Notes: generated from the sequence alone by a model not told the origin. A stretch of 64,000 bases of DNA from an uncultured Armatimonadetes bacterium (GCA_963716175.1 OY970296.1:2176001-2240000), one strand, 5' to 3'. Positions 29,212-40,270 are shown, numbered from the stretch's first letter. Numbers and translations: made by a program.

Positions 29212-29253
29212 GCCGGGCCCTTGCCTCCCGACCTGGGAAGGCAAGGGCCCGGC
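29212..29253. promoter_or_regulatory. strong intercistronic hairpin between the binding-protein and permease genes
   Basis: GCCGGGCCCTTGCCTCCC-gacct-GGGAAGGCAAGGGCCCGGC. Confidence 0.55.
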
Positions 29254-29332
29254 CACGTCTATCCAACGACAGAGCTCATCGGGAGCCCCACGGGGCAAGC
29301 CACAGCGAAGCTGCCCACGCCGGGCCCCGACC

Positions 29333-30490
29333 TTACTTCAACAGCCTCCATTTGCCGTCCACGACCTCCACCATCACGAATGCATCCGGGCTGAGGCCGT
29401 TGTGGTCCTTTGGCGAGAAGTTGAACACGCCCCCGGTTCCTACGAAGCCCCGCGTCTGCTCGATGTTCGCCCGAAGCTTGGCCCGGTCGGGGCCCACCTG
29501 GCGCAGCGCCTTCGCCACCAGTTGGACTCCGTCCCAGGCGTGGCCGCCGAAAGTATCGGCCGCTTTGCCGAAGCTGGCCTGATAGCGGGTGGCATATTCC
29601 TTCAACACTTTCTTCTGCGGCTGGCTGGCCGGGATCTGGTCCAGCACCAGCAGCCGGCCCGCCGGCAGCACCACCCCGTCGGCCGCAGGCCCCGCCAGGC
29701 TGAGGAAGGTGGCGTTGGCCACCCCGTGGCTGCACACCAGCGGGATGCGCATGGCCAGCTGCTTCATGTTCTTGGCCACGATCGCCGGACCTGGCGGCGT
29801 GCCCCAGCACACCACGGCCTGGGCATCGGTCCCTCGGATCTTGGTGAGCTGGGTCTCCATCGAGGTGTCCTTGGGCCCGTACTCCTCCTTCGCCACCACC
29901 GCGATGCCAGCCGCGGGGAGCAGGTTCTCGATTTCACGAAGACCGCCTTTGCCAAACGCGGTGTTGTCCGAGAGCGAGGCCGCCCGGGTGATCTTCTTCC
30001 CGCGCAGGTACTTCACGATCCTCTCCACCGCCATGCGATCCGACTGCGGAGTCTTGAACACCCACTTCCTCACTGGCTCGACGATCTCGATCCCAGCCGC
30101 GCAGGAGATCAAGGGGACCTGCACTCGATCCATGTAGTCCACCAGCGCCAGGGTGGTGCCGGTGCGGCTCGGGCCCACGATCGCCAGGACCTTATCCTTC
30201 TCCACCAGCCGCTTGGCCGCGTTCAAGGCCTCTGCGGGCTCCCCGCGGTCATCCTCGATCACGATCTTCAGCGGATGCCCCTTGATGCCACCGGCGGCGT
30301 TGATCATCTTCTCCAGCATCTCGGCGGTGTTGCGCTCTGGGATCCCCAGTGACGAGGCATCCCCGGTGATGGAGAAGATGGCCCCAATGGTGTATGGCGC
30401 TCCGGCCGCAGCCCCGGCACAGCCGACTCCACAGCTCAAGCCGAACACCAACACCCCCAACAGCGCCCACAAGCGAGTCCTTCGTCTCAT
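29333..30490 (-). CDS. ABC substrate-binding protein (LivK/type 1 periplasmic fold)
   Basis: Signal peptide, IGAIFSITG, INAAGGIKG, WVFKT, FNFSPKDHNG. Confidence 0.88.
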   Translation of the reverse strand: MRRRTRLWALLGVLVFGLSCGVGCAGAAAGAPYTIGAIFSITGDASSLGIPERNTAEMLEKMINAAGGIKGHPLKIVIEDDRGEPAEALNAAKRLVEKDKVLAIVGPSRTGTTLALVDYMDRVQVPLISCAAGIEIVEPVRKWVFKTPQSDRMAVERIVKYLRGKKITRAASLSDNTAFGKGGLREIENLLPAAGIAVVAKEEYGPKDTSMETQLTKIRGTDAQAVVCWGTPPGPAIVAKNMKQLAMRIPLVCSHGVANATFLSLAGPAADGVVLPAGRLLVLDQIPASQPQKKVLKEYATRYQASFGKAADTFGGHAWDGVQLVAKALRQVGPDRAKLRANIEQTRGFVGTGGVFNFSPKDHNGLSPDAFVMVEVVDGKWRLLK

Positions 30491-30549
30491 CGTCCCTTCC
30501 TCCTTAGGATCTCTAACCTGCCGGCGGAATCAGCTCCCGCCTAACCGCA

Positions 30550-30981
30550 TCAGATCTCGCTGAGTTCGGCGGCCGTGAGCAGGTGCGCGCCCCGGGCCTG
30601 CAGGGCCGCCATCGCCGCCGCCGCCGCGTCTATCCGGAATATCACCACCGCGTTCTCTCCCCGCTGCCCCACGAAGGCGTAGAGGTACTCGATGTTGAGG
30701 CCGCGCTTGGTGAGCAAGTCCACCACCTCGGCCAACCCCCCCGGCCGATCCGGCATCGCCACCGCGATCACCTCGGTCTCCGTAACCGTGAACCCGGCCC
30801 GGGTGAGCGCGGCCCTGGCCTCGTGCGGCTTGTCCACGATCAGCCGCAGCACCCCATAGTCTATGGTCTCGGCCAGAGAGAGGGCGCGAATGTTCACCCC
30901 GGCATTGGCCAGAGCCAGGGTCACCTCGGCAAGCCGACCGGATTTGTTCTCCAGGAAAACCGAGATCTGTACTGCCGTCAT
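30550..30981 (-). CDS. tandem ACT-domain protein
   Basis: [35 protein letters not shown]. Confidence 0.9.
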   Translation of the reverse strand: MTAVQISVFLENKSGRLAEVTLALANAGVNIRALSLAETIDYGVLRLIVDKPHEARAALTRAGFTVTETEVIAVAMPDRPGGLAEVVDLLTKRGLNIEYLYAFVGQRGENAVVIFRIDAAAAAMAALQARGAHLLTAAELSEI

Positions 30982-32300
30982 CTCCCCAAATCCCTCCTGT
31001 CCATCACCCGTTTCGCCTTGCCTTCGCTCCGCGCCAGAGCCTTGGGCTCAACCAGCCGCACCGACACCGCCAGCCCCAGCACGCTCTCGATCTCCCGCCG
31101 GATGCCCGCGGTCAAGGCCTCCAGTCTGGCCATCTCGTCCGAGAAGGTCTCGGCCGACATCTCCACCTGCACCTCGAGCTCGTCCATCTGCCGGGGCTTG
31201 CGATCTACTACCAGCAGGTAGTTCGGAGTCGTTCCTTCGACCCTCATCAGCACCTCTTCGATCTGCGACGGGAAGACGTTCACCCCCCGGATGATCAGCA
31301 TGTCGTCCGAGCGGCCGGTGACATGCTCCATGCGGCGCAGCGAGCGCCCGCAGGGGCACGGTTCGACAATCAGCCGGGAGAGATCGCGAGTGCGGTAGCG
31401 GAGCAGAGGCAACGCCTCTTTGGTGAGGGTGGTGAAGACCAGCTCGCCGCTCTCTCCCTCCCGCACCGGTTCCCCGGTCTCCGGGTTGATCACCTCCGGG
31501 TAGAAGTGATCCTCGTTGACGTGCAGCCCCTGCTTGTGGAGGCACTCAAAGCTGACCCCCGGGCCGATGATCTCCGACAGGCCATAGATGTCGAGGGCGT
31601 CAATGCTGAGGTCGGCCTCGATCTCCTGCCGCATGGTCTGAGACCACGGCTCCGCTCCCAGGAAGCCGACCCGCAGGGGCAGAGACTTGATGTCCACCCC
31701 CATCTCCCGGCCGGTCTCTCCGATCACCAAGGCGTAGGAGGGAGTGCAGCAGAGCACGGTGGTGCCGAAGTCCTGCATAATCTGCACCTGGCGCTTGGTC
31801 TGTCCCCCGGAGGTGGGGATCACCGACGATCCGATCAGCTCGGCTCCGTAGTGGATTCCCAGACCCCCGGTGAACAGTCCGTAGCCATAGCTGTTCTGAA
31901 CCACATCGCTCCGACGGGTGCCGCCCGCGGCCAGCGTGCGCGCCATCACGTCGGCCCACGTTCCCACGTCCTTTCGCGTATACCCCACCACGGTGGATTT
32001 CCCCGTGGTCCCCGAGGAGGCGTGGATGCGCACTACCTCCTCCATGGGCACCGCGAACAGGCCGAAGGGATAAGTCTCTCGCAGATCGTCTTTGCTGGAG
32101 AAAGGCAGCCGCCGGATGTCTTCCAGGCTGGCAATGTCCTCGGGCTTCACCCCGGCCGCGTCGAGCTTGGCGCGGTAGTGAGGCACCCGATGGTAGGCGC
32201 GCTCGACGGTCTCCCGGAGCCGCTCCGACTGAAGCGCGCGGAGCGCAGCCGGCTCCAGGAGTTCGACTTCGCGGTTCCAGCAAGGCGCAGACTGACGCAC
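30978..32300 (-). CDS. paaK: phenylacetate-CoA ligase
   Basis: [39 protein letters not shown]. Confidence 0.92.
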   Translation of the reverse strand: MRQSAPCWNREVELLEPAALRALQSERLRETVERAYHRVPHYRAKLDAAGVKPEDIASLEDIRRLPFSSKDDLRETYPFGLFAVPMEEVVRIHASSGTTGKSTVVGYTRKDVGTWADVMARTLAAGGTRRSDVVQNSYGYGLFTGGLGIHYGAELIGSSVIPTSGGQTKRQVQIMQDFGTTVLCCTPSYALVIGETGREMGVDIKSLPLRVGFLGAEPWSQTMRQEIEADLSIDALDIYGLSEIIGPGVSFECLHKQGLHVNEDHFYPEVINPETGEPVREGESGELVFTTLTKEALPLLRYRTRDLSRLIVEPCPCGRSLRRMEHVTGRSDDMLIIRGVNVFPSQIEEVLMRVEGTTPNYLLVVDRKPRQMDELEVQVEMSAETFSDEMARLEALTAGIRREIESVLGLAVSVRLVEPKALARSEGKAKRVMDRRDLGR

Positions 32301-32500
32301 GGTGCCCTCCCATGGGCCGCACCCACGGCCTCGCCCGAAGGCCGTCCGTTCAAGTGCTACTGCTTCGACGGTCCGATGACGACACCTCTTGGCCCCGATA
32401 GGGGGAGACCGGCGTGCGCCTTGCCGACGGCCTGGGCCTGTGCTATGCTGAGGCAGATGCCCTGAAGAGAGGGCAAGCGCCCTCTCTCTGTGGAGCCCAC

Positions 32501-34276
32501 ATGATTGAAGCCGCGCCTACAACCCTGCGCGCCCTCCTCTCCGGGGATGAGGCGATTGCCCGGGGAGCCTTCGAGGCGGGCGTGCTGGTGGCCACCTCTT
32601 ACCCGGGAACGCCCGCGACCGAGATCCTCGAGGCGCTGGCCCAGTGCCCCGAGATCAAAGCCGAATGGTCGCCCAACGAGAAGGTGGCGTTCGAGGTGGC
32701 GCTGGGGGCCTCCCTCGCCGGGGCGCGGGCGCTGGTCTCGATGAAGCACGTGGGACTGAATGTCGCCTCCGATCCCTTGGTCACCGCCTCCTATGTCGGG
32801 GTTCGCGGCGGGCTGGTGGTGGTCTCGGCCGACGATCCGGGTATGTTCAGCTCCCAGAACGAGCAGGACAACCGCCACTATGCTCGCCTGGCGAAGGTCC
32901 CCATGCTGGAACCCTCTGACTCCCAGGAGGCAAAGGACTTCACGCTCGCGGCCTTCGAGCTAAGCGAGCGCTTCGACACCCCTGTGCTGCTGCGCATCAC
33001 CACCCGCATCGCTCACTCGAACTCCCTTGTCGCGCTGGGCGACCGAGTGGAGCGGCCCGCCACGGGCTTTCTCCGGGAGCCCGAGAAGACGGTGATGGTT
33101 CCCGGCAACGCGCGCCGGCGACACGAACTGGTGGAGGCGCGCATGGCTCGGCTTGCGAAGTGGGCCGAGACCTGCGCCCTCAACAGGATCGAGAAGGGCA
33201 CCGGCAGGACGGGCGTGATCTGCTCCGGCGTCGCGTACCAGTACGTGAAAGAAGTCAGACCTCGCGCCTCGATCCTCAAGCTCGGCCTCACCCACCCGCT
33301 GCCGGCCGCGCTACTCCGTGAGTTCGCTCAGAGCGTGGATCGGCTCTATGTGGTGGAGGAGCTGGACCCGTATCTGGAGGAGCAGGTCCGCGCCCTCGGC
33401 ATCCAGCTCGCCCATCCGCCCGGCCCGCCTCGCGAAGGAGAGCTGGCGCCCTCCTCCGTGGCCCGCTTCCTGGGCGCCCGCAAAGCAGCCTCGCGCGCCT
33501 CGCTGCCTGGCCTGCCTCCGCGCCCGCCTGTGCTCTGCCCTGGCTGCGGGCACCGGGCCCTGCTCACCGTGCTCAAACGGCTCAAGGTGTTCGTCTCCGG
33601 AGACATCGGATGCTACACCCTAGGCGTGCAGCCTCCGCTTCAGACCATGGACACCTGTGTCTGCATGGGCGCTTCTCTGGGCGTGGCGCTGGGGGTCGAG
33701 AAGGCGACCGGCCGCTCGGATAACATGGTCGCCGTGATCGGTGACTCCACCTTTATCCATTCCGGCATCGCGCCCCTGATAGACATCGTCTACAACCGCG
33801 GTGCCACTACTGTGATCATACTCGATAACGAGACTGTCGCCATGACCGGCCACCAGGATCACCCCGGGACCGGTAAGACCGCGACTGGTGAGCCGACGCA
33901 CCGCCTGAGCCTGGAGGAGCTGGCGCGCGCCGTCGGCGTGAGACACGTCTCGGTGGTTGATCCCTACGATATGAAGCAGACCGGGGAAGTGATCAGCGCG
34001 GCGCTGCAGCGCGGCGAGCCCTCCGTGGTCATCGCCCGCCGGCGGTGCGTGCTGCTGGACCGCGAGAGCCGACGCCCGCCCCGGCGCATTGATGTCGAGC
34101 GCTGCGTGGGCTGCGGGCAGTGCCTCACCCACGGCTGTCCGGCGATCTCCGACAGCACCCCGGCCGGCGGCCGGAAGAAGCGGGTGGAGATCATCGCTCA
34201 GCTCTGCGTCGGGTGCAATGTCTGCGGCCAGCTCTGCTCGGCCGGCGCCATCGTTGGGGAACCGCCCCGTGCCTGA
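32501..34276 (+). CDS. iorA: indolepyruvate:ferredoxin oxidoreductase alpha subunit
   Basis: YPGTP, NEKVA, MKHVGLN, SSQNEQD, CPGC.H, GDIGC, GDSTF, two ferredoxin Cys clusters. Confidence 0.93.
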   Translation: MIEAAPTTLRALLSGDEAIARGAFEAGVLVATSYPGTPATEILEALAQCPEIKAEWSPNEKVAFEVALGASLAGARALVSMKHVGLNVASDPLVTASYVGVRGGLVVVSADDPGMFSSQNEQDNRHYARLAKVPMLEPSDSQEAKDFTLAAFELSERFDTPVLLRITTRIAHSNSLVALGDRVERPATGFLREPEKTVMVPGNARRRHELVEARMARLAKWAETCALNRIEKGTGRTGVICSGVAYQYVKEVRPRASILKLGLTHPLPAALLREFAQSVDRLYVVEELDPYLEEQVRALGIQLAHPPGPPREGELAPSSVARFLGARKAASRASLPGLPPRPPVLCPGCGHRALLTVLKRLKVFVSGDIGCYTLGVQPPLQTMDTCVCMGASLGVALGVEKATGRSDNMVAVIGDSTFIHSGIAPLIDIVYNRGATTVIILDNETVAMTGHQDHPGTGKTATGEPTHRLSLEELARAVGVRHVSVVDPYDMKQTGEVISAALQRGEPSVVIARRRCVLLDRESRRPPRRIDVERCVGCGQCLTHGCPAISDSTPAGGRKKRVEIIAQLCVGCNVCGQLCSAGAIVGEPPRA

Positions 34277-34850
34277 TGTGACCAATGTCGCCATCGCCGG
34301 GGTGGGAGGCCAGGGCATCATCCTGGCCAGTGACATCATCGCCCAGGCCGCCCTGTGCGCGGGACATGACGTGAAGAAGAATGAAGTCCACGGGATGGCC
34401 CAGCGCGGCGGCGCCGTGGTCAGCGAAGTCCGCTTCGGCCGGCGCGTCTACTCGCCGCTCATCCCTGACGGTGCGGTTGATCTGCTCCTCGCGCTGGAAC
34501 TGCTGGAGGGCTTGCGCCATCTGCATCGGCTGCGACCCCAGGGCCTGGTGATCGCGGACGAGCTTCGCATCCGGCCCGCGGTGCGCCCTCCGGGCGCACC
34601 CGACTACCCCCAGGATGTGGCCAATCGGCTGCGGGCTGCGGGCCATCGCGCGGTGCTGATACCTGCGGGCGACCTGGCGCGTCAGGCCGGCAACGTTCGC
34701 GCCGCCAACACTGTGCTCATCGGCGCCCTCTCCCAGCACCTGGGTCTTCCGGCCGAGGCCTGGCAGACTGCCCTGCGCGCGTGCCTGCGGCCGGCGCTGG
34801 TGGAGGCGAACCTGCGCGCCTTCGAGCTGGGCCGACAGACCCAACGGTAG
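34269..34850 (+). CDS. iorB: indolepyruvate:ferredoxin oxidoreductase beta subunit
   Basis: GVGGQG, EVHGMAQRGG, NLRAF..G; overlaps the iorA stop. Confidence 0.92.
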   Translation: MPDVTNVAIAGVGGQGIILASDIIAQAALCAGHDVKKNEVHGMAQRGGAVVSEVRFGRRVYSPLIPDGAVDLLLALELLEGLRHLHRLRPQGLVIADELRIRPAVRPPGAPDYPQDVANRLRAAGHRAVLIPAGDLARQAGNVRAANTVLIGALSQHLGLPAEAWQTALRACLRPALVEANLRAFELGRQTQR

Positions 34851-34906
34851 GGCGGCCATGCGGGCAGCGGCTGCGAAGCAGCGCTGCCGGTTCGTATGCC
34901 CGCCGG
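34847..34906 (+). repeat. GTAG-type REP-like element, family A
   Basis: GTAGGGCGG-internal hairpin-GCCCGCCGG; related copies at 35858, 36970, 39576-39628(-). Confidence 0.6.
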
Positions 34907-34979
34907 TTGGTTCGCTTCCGGAACCTGCCCTTCAGCAGGAACCCCAGCAGCCGCGCCGTAGTAGCAGGACGCACCGCCA

Positions 34980-35858
34980 GTGAGACTATCCGTGAACGCC
35001 CCAGACATGCTGCAGGTGTCCGTTTCCCAGCTCCAGTGGGCCCAACCCCTGGAGCGGCTGCTTCGCCGTACGCTCGAGCACCTCGCCATCGCCGCCGACG
35101 AGGGCAGTGACATCATCCTCTTCCCGGAGGCGAGCCTCACGGGTTACGATTTCCCCTATCTGCTCGGGCTGGACCCGGTCCAGGTGGAGCAGGCGCTGGC
35201 CCAAGTTCAGGAAGCAGCGCGCGCCCGCCGCATCTACGTGATCTGCGGGACGATTCAGCGGCGGCCCGGGGGTGAGAGGCCGATCAACCTCGCCCATGTG
35301 ATAGACCCCGATGGGAATATCATCCACGAATACGCCAAGATCCAGATGGCAGGAGCAGATGAGCGAAAGTATTGTCGGCCGGGCAACAAGCTGTCACTGT
35401 TCGAAGTGAAGGGCATTCTTGCCACCATGGTGATCTGCCGGGACGGCCGCCATCCGGAGCTGTACCGGTTGCCGGCGATGGCCGGAGCGCGCATCCTCTT
35501 CCACCCCGCGTGTTCCACGGAGTCCATCGAGGCCATCTACTGGAAGCGCGCCGCCGGCCGCGCCACTCAGCCTGCGGGCCCGAATTCGTCCATCTATCAC
35601 TGCTGCGCCAACACAGTGGGGCAAGACTACCGCGGCCGGCAGAGCTCGAGCGGCGGCTCCTTCATCAAGCATCCGACCGGCCTCTCGCTGGCGGAGGCGG
35701 ATGGTTACAGCGAGATGGTGATCACTGCGCGACTCGACCTGGCGGCGGCCGACGGCCGCTACGCCCTGGCCAGCGCCGAGCACCCGGAGTTCCTTCGCCC
35801 CTACTATCGGCAGATTATCCAGGAAATCCAGGCGCGCAAGGACGAGCGGCCCGAGTAG
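34980..35858 (+). CDS. carbon-nitrogen hydrolase (nitrilase family)
   Basis: Triad motifs LFPE, YAK, ICRD. Confidence 0.85.
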   Translation: MRLSVNAPDMLQVSVSQLQWAQPLERLLRRTLEHLAIAADEGSDIILFPEASLTGYDFPYLLGLDPVQVEQALAQVQEAARARRIYVICGTIQRRPGGERPINLAHVIDPDGNIIHEYAKIQMAGADERKYCRPGNKLSLFEVKGILATMVICRDGRHPELYRLPAMAGARILFHPACSTESIEAIYWKRAAGRATQPAGPNSSIYHCCANTVGQDYRGRQSSSGGSFIKHPTGLSLAEADGYSEMVITARLDLAAADGRYALASAEHPEFLRPYYRQIIQEIQARKDERPE

Positions 35859-35929
35859 TAGGGCAGGTCCGCCCTGGCCGCCGGCCGTGTGGCGGCGACC
35901 TGCCCAGTCTGGCGGGGAGGTGACCACTG

Positions 35930-36784
35930 TTGGGGGCGATCTGGGCGTCAATCCAGAGACAGGTTCCGCTCGAAGAGGTGCTGAGGCGGGGACTAGGCAT
36001 CATCTTCGTCATCGCCATCGCCTGGCTGGCCTATTGGCTGCTGCGCCGGGCGCTGATGGGCGCGATGCGGGCCACCGCCGGCCGGGTGGAAGATAGCGCC
36101 CATCGCCAGCGCATCACCACTCTGGTGCTCCTCGTGGGGAGCATCGCCAAGTACGTGGTGATCTTCGTAGCCGCGGTGGTCATCCTGCAGCGGCTCGGCA
36201 TTGACCCCACACCCGTGCTCGCCGGTGCGGGCGTGGTCGGCCTCGCGGTTGGCTTCGGAGCCCAGAACCTGGTGCGCGACGTGGTCTCCGGCTTCTTCAT
36301 CATCATGGAGGGCCAGTATGCGGTGGGCGATCTGGTCGAGATCAACGGGGTCTTCGGCCGGGTAGAGGAGGTGGGGCTGCGCGTCACCAGACTGCGCGAC
36401 CCCAGCGGCCAGCTCCGCTACTTCCCCAATGGCGGCATCACCACCGCCAACAACTACGTAGAGCGCTACATCGCCTATCTGCTCAGCGTGCCCTTCGCCT
36501 CCCCGGAACCGGCCGGCGCCGCGGCCCTAGTGCGAGTTGCGCTGGAGGATTTCGACCGAGAGTTCCAGGTCTTCGCCCAGCCGCCTGTGCTCGGCGCGAT
36601 GGAGGATCTGCCCACCTATGCTCGCGTGCTTCGCGCGGAGATTCGCACCCTCCCAGGCCGCCAACTCATCGTCGAGCAGAAGCTCGCGGCCCGCCTCACC
36701 GCCGGGCTGGAACGCGCCGGTCATGCCCTGCCGGCGGGGGCCGATATCGGGCTCGCGCTCCGCCCCCTGCCGCCTGCGTCCTAG
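35930..36784 (+). CDS. mscS: small-conductance mechanosensitive channel
   Basis: GLAVGFGAQNLVRD..SG, VGD.V, G.VEE.GLR.T, PNG; GGAGG 9 nt before TTG. Confidence 0.85.
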   Translation: MGAIWASIQRQVPLEEVLRRGLGIIFVIAIAWLAYWLLRRALMGAMRATAGRVEDSAHRQRITTLVLLVGSIAKYVVIFVAAVVILQRLGIDPTPVLAGAGVVGLAVGFGAQNLVRDVVSGFFIIMEGQYAVGDLVEINGVFGRVEEVGLRVTRLRDPSGQLRYFPNGGITTANNYVERYIAYLLSVPFASPEPAGAAALVRVALEDFDREFQVFAQPPVLGAMEDLPTYARVLRAEIRTLPGRQLIVEQKLAARLTAGLERAGHALPAGADIGLALRPLPPAS

Positions 36785-36896
36785 CCCGCTGGCCCAGGTT
36801 TCTACCGGCCGCACCAGGCCCCACAGTGGCGTGGGTTTGTCGCGAGCACCGGGAGCGACAACCCGGGTCGCTCCCTGCCCCAGGGCCCCTCCGCCG

Positions 36897-37105
36897 GTAG
36901 ACGCCGATGTCCTGCCACCATCTTGGCCGCCCGGGACAGGCTGGGAGGCTGTGCTACTGGAGTCGGTCTGTAGGGCGGATATCCTGCGGAGCCTCGGCGA
37001 AGCAGGATGCCCGCCGGCCGTTTCATCCGCGTCTATCCATCACCCGTTGGGCAGGAGCTTGCTCCTGCCATTCCCACAGGCTGGGAGCCTGTGCTACCGG
37101 AGTCC
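36897..37105. repeat. mosaic of REP-like palindromes (BIME-like)
   Basis: Two copies of GTAGCACAG(C/G)CTCCCAGCCTGT on - (36936-36957, 37076-37097), family A at 36970-37020, family B at 37046-37069. Confidence 0.65.
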
Positions 37106-37436
37106 GGCGGGTATGGCCGGCCGCCCGGCTCACATGAGCACTTCGAACGACCATGCACTTGCGGGGCGACAAACGGAATGCCCCTGAACCGCTGCTGTCG
37201 TTCTCCATCTTGGTGCCAAAGGACGACCTTTCGGCGGCCCGTTCGCCCCTCGGCCGGTAAGATGGTGGCCACGGCCCCGGACGCGAATCCGGGGCGACAG
37301 CACCCCGAGTGGGCTGCTTCGCCTCGTGAGAACTCGCCTTGCGGCCGTCTGGGCAGTGCCAGTGGCTTCTCGATACCTTCCCGCTCTTTGGAAGAAGGCT
37401 GGGCGATCACGCCTGGCCGTACTCCTGACGCGTCGC

Positions 37437-39350
37437 CTACAGAAACCATTCTGGCCTGATCCGCCAGTCCTTGTTCGGGAGCAACTCCGGGCTCGCCACG
37501 AGGAACCCGCGTGGGTCGAAGCCACTCACCCCGATCAGGGACGATTGCGGCCACCGTGGTATCGCTGCCCCCGGCCCCAGTTTCAGCGCGAGTCGCATGA
37601 GGAACTCTCTCGCGATCCGGGACATCTCGTGGACGCGACTCCAGATGAGGTCCTCGTGTTCGCGACGCCGCTGAGACAGGCGACCATGGGCGATCGCACT
37701 CCGCATGCTGCTGAGCGAGTAGCCGTTGCGCTTCTCGAAGAGAGCGTGCACATACTCGTGGTTAGGTCCAAAGACGTTCTCGGCCACCCCTCGGAACCGC
37801 TGGGCTAAGCCCACGACGCACTCCGAGTATGCCTCCTCTACGAAACGCGTAGGGCTGATAGCGTAGAGGTCTTCGTACTTGCGTGCGATGCATTCATCGC
37901 GTTGCTGCTCTCTCTGCTTCTTCGGAACGCGGAGAGGTGCCCACGCCATACCGAAGTCAGCCTTGCCTTCATGCAGGGCGTTTGCCACGCTCTCCATTGC
38001 GACGTAGTAGCACAGGAATTCGGTGAAGACGTTTCGCGCCGACGTGCCGCGATTGTACCAGTCAATGGCGGCGTGAAGGACGAACGCGTCGTCTGTCCGA
38101 CTCAAGTTCCCCAGCATCGAGTGCAGAGCCGAGAGCCCGTCCGCGGACGGACGTGCACAGCCCTTAGAGCGATCTCGCATCTGGTATTTGAGCTGCCAGG
38201 ACGCGCTTACCCTAAAGGCAAGTGCCATCATGTTCACGTGCAAGCCGATCTCAGAGATTGCGAGCCGAATCGCGTCCGGCTCGATTGAGTCGAGGTCCCA
38301 CCAGCCATCGTAGACATGCTGGTAGCGACTGCGCTCGGCGAGGCCTTCGAGCGGCGGGCACCTGTACAGATGTAGCCTCTCCCCGAATGTTACCTGTTCC
38401 GACGGCAGTTCTAGAGGCGCGAGTACAGCGAACTCAACGACCCAGTGTCCGGTACACATGATGTAGAAGAGTGCTCCCTGGACATCTGGGTCCGGTGACG
38501 CGGCCTCGGCCCTAGCTTTGATCGGTTCACAGTCTCCTGGGTAGGAAATCGGCTTCCACTCGCCCAGTTCATTGTAGCGCCCAGGTAGTCCGATCTCATA
38601 TAGGCGCTTCGTGCCCAGACGCCACTCATCTGGTGGCTTGGTGAACGACGTCATGCCAAAGCGTACCAGCTGCCCCGTACCTGCGACCGCACATCTCGTC
38701 GAGTCAGGGCGGCGGATGAGACCATCGGATTCCCCGTTCGGATAGTGCATCCGGACCCCATAGAGGCCAGTTTCATCGTCAACGAGGAGTTCCAAGACGT
38801 AGAAGCGCGGCAGCTTGTGGAACCTCGACCATTCGCGGTACTTGAGCCGCTCGGTCGAATAAAGCCTCAGCAAAACGGATAGAAACGAAGCGCACGCCTG
38901 CAAGGCCGCCTCAACCTCTGCCTTCGGAGGTGCAGTGCCGCCGGGAGCGGCCGCTACCAGCAACTCTGGATTGTAAGCGCGTCTCAGCAACGCCGAGATG
39001 TCCGGTCTTGCGTCTCGGTCGGCTGTTGACGCCAAGTCCTCAGCCATCTCCGCGGCCGTTGCTTTCGTATGCGGGAACTCGCTCCCACAGAGGTGCAGGA
39101 AGGGGAACATGTGATACGGTTCGCCACGTGCGCACCTGAGTAGATTGGCGACCGATTCGAGCGGTGCACCGCACGTGGCGAGCGTGCGATACTGAGACAG
39201 AAGCGCCTCCTCGCTGGCGGCTAAGTCCAGTGCATCCAGTCGGGACTGGAGTACCAGGAAGGTATCAGGAGTGTTGTAGCTCTCCCCTGAGACACGAATG
39301 AGCGTGTAGATGAACTGAATGAAGGTCGTCGTGAAATGCAGCGGCCTCAA
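37437..39350 (-). CDS. hypothetical protein with C-terminal HEPN-like (Apea/MauJ-like) domain
   Basis: AIDWYNRG...EFLCYYVAMES...MRSAIAHG (Rx4H); less GC-rich than flanks; the true start may be 39408 with a frameshift near 39325. Confidence 0.6.
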   Translation of the reverse strand: MRPLHFTTTFIQFIYTLIRVSGESYNTPDTFLVLQSRLDALDLAASEEALLSQYRTLATCGAPLESVANLLRCARGEPYHMFPFLHLCGSEFPHTKATAAEMAEDLASTADRDARPDISALLRRAYNPELLVAAAPGGTAPPKAEVEAALQACASFLSVLLRLYSTERLKYREWSRFHKLPRFYVLELLVDDETGLYGVRMHYPNGESDGLIRRPDSTRCAVAGTGQLVRFGMTSFTKPPDEWRLGTKRLYEIGLPGRYNELGEWKPISYPGDCEPIKARAEAASPDPDVQGALFYIMCTGHWVVEFAVLAPLELPSEQVTFGERLHLYRCPPLEGLAERSRYQHVYDGWWDLDSIEPDAIRLAISEIGLHVNMMALAFRVSASWQLKYQMRDRSKGCARPSADGLSALHSMLGNLSRTDDAFVLHAAIDWYNRGTSARNVFTEFLCYYVAMESVANALHEGKADFGMAWAPLRVPKKQREQQRDECIARKYEDLYAISPTRFVEEAYSECVVGLAQRFRGVAENVFGPNHEYVHALFEKRNGYSLSSMRSAIAHGRLSQRRREHEDLIWSRVHEMSRIAREFLMRLALKLGPGAAIPRWPQSSLIGVSGFDPRGFLVASPELLPNKDWRIRPEWFL

Positions 39351-39518
39351 ACAGTGACGCTAGAACAGCGTCGGTAACATCCTCGCCATGGGATGCCGCT
39401 TCGCCCATTCCGTTCTCGCTCCTGTATCCATCGATGCCGAGAGCCGGTGCAGCCAGCCCGACCCTCGCAAGCTAGATCCCGAGGGATCGCGTCCTCAACA
39501 CGAGCTTCACGGATGCTG

Positions 39519-39735
39519 GTTGGGCAGGAGCTTGCCCCCTGCCCCTAGCACGTTCCGTATCTAGATGCAGAGCAGCGGCCGGCGGCGATGCTTATGCGCC
39601 TGCGGCGCATCGCGCATGGCCGCCCTACATGCGGCAACGACGTGGCAGGAGGCAAGCTCCTTGCCCAACACTGGCATCCCCTTGGGCCTTCCTGCCTTAT
39701 CCCTTTCATCTGCGTGATCCGCCTGAGGCGGATGA
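39519..39735. repeat. second REP-like mosaic
   Basis: Family B (+) 39519-39543 and (-) 39644-39669 as an inverted pair enclosing family A (-) 39576-39628; ATCTGCGTGATCCGC unit at about 39708. Confidence 0.65.
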
Positions 39736-39745
39736 TTCCGTCGTT

Positions 39746-40270
39746 CTACCGCCACCGGTCCCAGGAGATGAACTGCTCCAGCGGTATGCGACCTTCGGGG
39801 CCGGTGAACGGATCGCCCTTGGGATAGCCCAGCGGGGTGAGCGCCACCACGTCCACGTCCTGAGGAAGCTTGAAGTACTGCTTCAGCGCGGCGTTCTTGA
39901 AGGACCCGATCCAGCAGGTCCCTAGTCCCTCCGCCCGCGCCGCCAGGGTGAGGTGATCCACTGCGATCGCTGCATCCACGAGCACAGCATAGCGGCCCAT
40001 CCACTCCCCACGATTGTGCTTGATGTCGCGCCCGCAGGCGACGACCACCACCGGCGCGGTGGCGATGAAGGCCTGGTCATGGCACATGGGCACCAGCTCT
40101 TGCTTGATCTTGTCATCCCTGACCAGGATCAGGCGCGTGGGCTGACGATTGCTGCCGGAAGGCGCGATCCGCGCTGCCTCCAGTACGCGGTTCAGCACCT
40201 CCTGGGGGATGGGATCAGGGCGATAGGCCCGCACACTCCGGCGCGTCCGCACCACCTCGTAGAGATCCAT
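39746..40270 (-). CDS. nitroreductase family protein
   Basis: RRSVRAY, APSGSNRQP, LAARAEGLGTCWIG, LGYP. Confidence 0.92.
   Translation of the reverse strand: MDLYEVVRTRRSVRAYRPDPIPQEVLNRVLEAARIAPSGSNRQPTRLILVRDDKIKQELVPMCHDQAFIATAPVVVVACGRDIKHNRGEWMGRYAVLVDAAIAVDHLTLAARAEGLGTCWIGSFKNAALKQYFKLPQDVDVVALTPLGYPKGDPFTGPEGRIPLEQFISWDRWR

Noticed and set aside
39351-39431. In-frame TAG readthrough (pyrrolysine) extending the HEPN gene
   Set aside because: No pyl genes seen and TAG is used as a normal stop elsewhere; the alternative frame from 39408 gives a more protein-like N-terminus.
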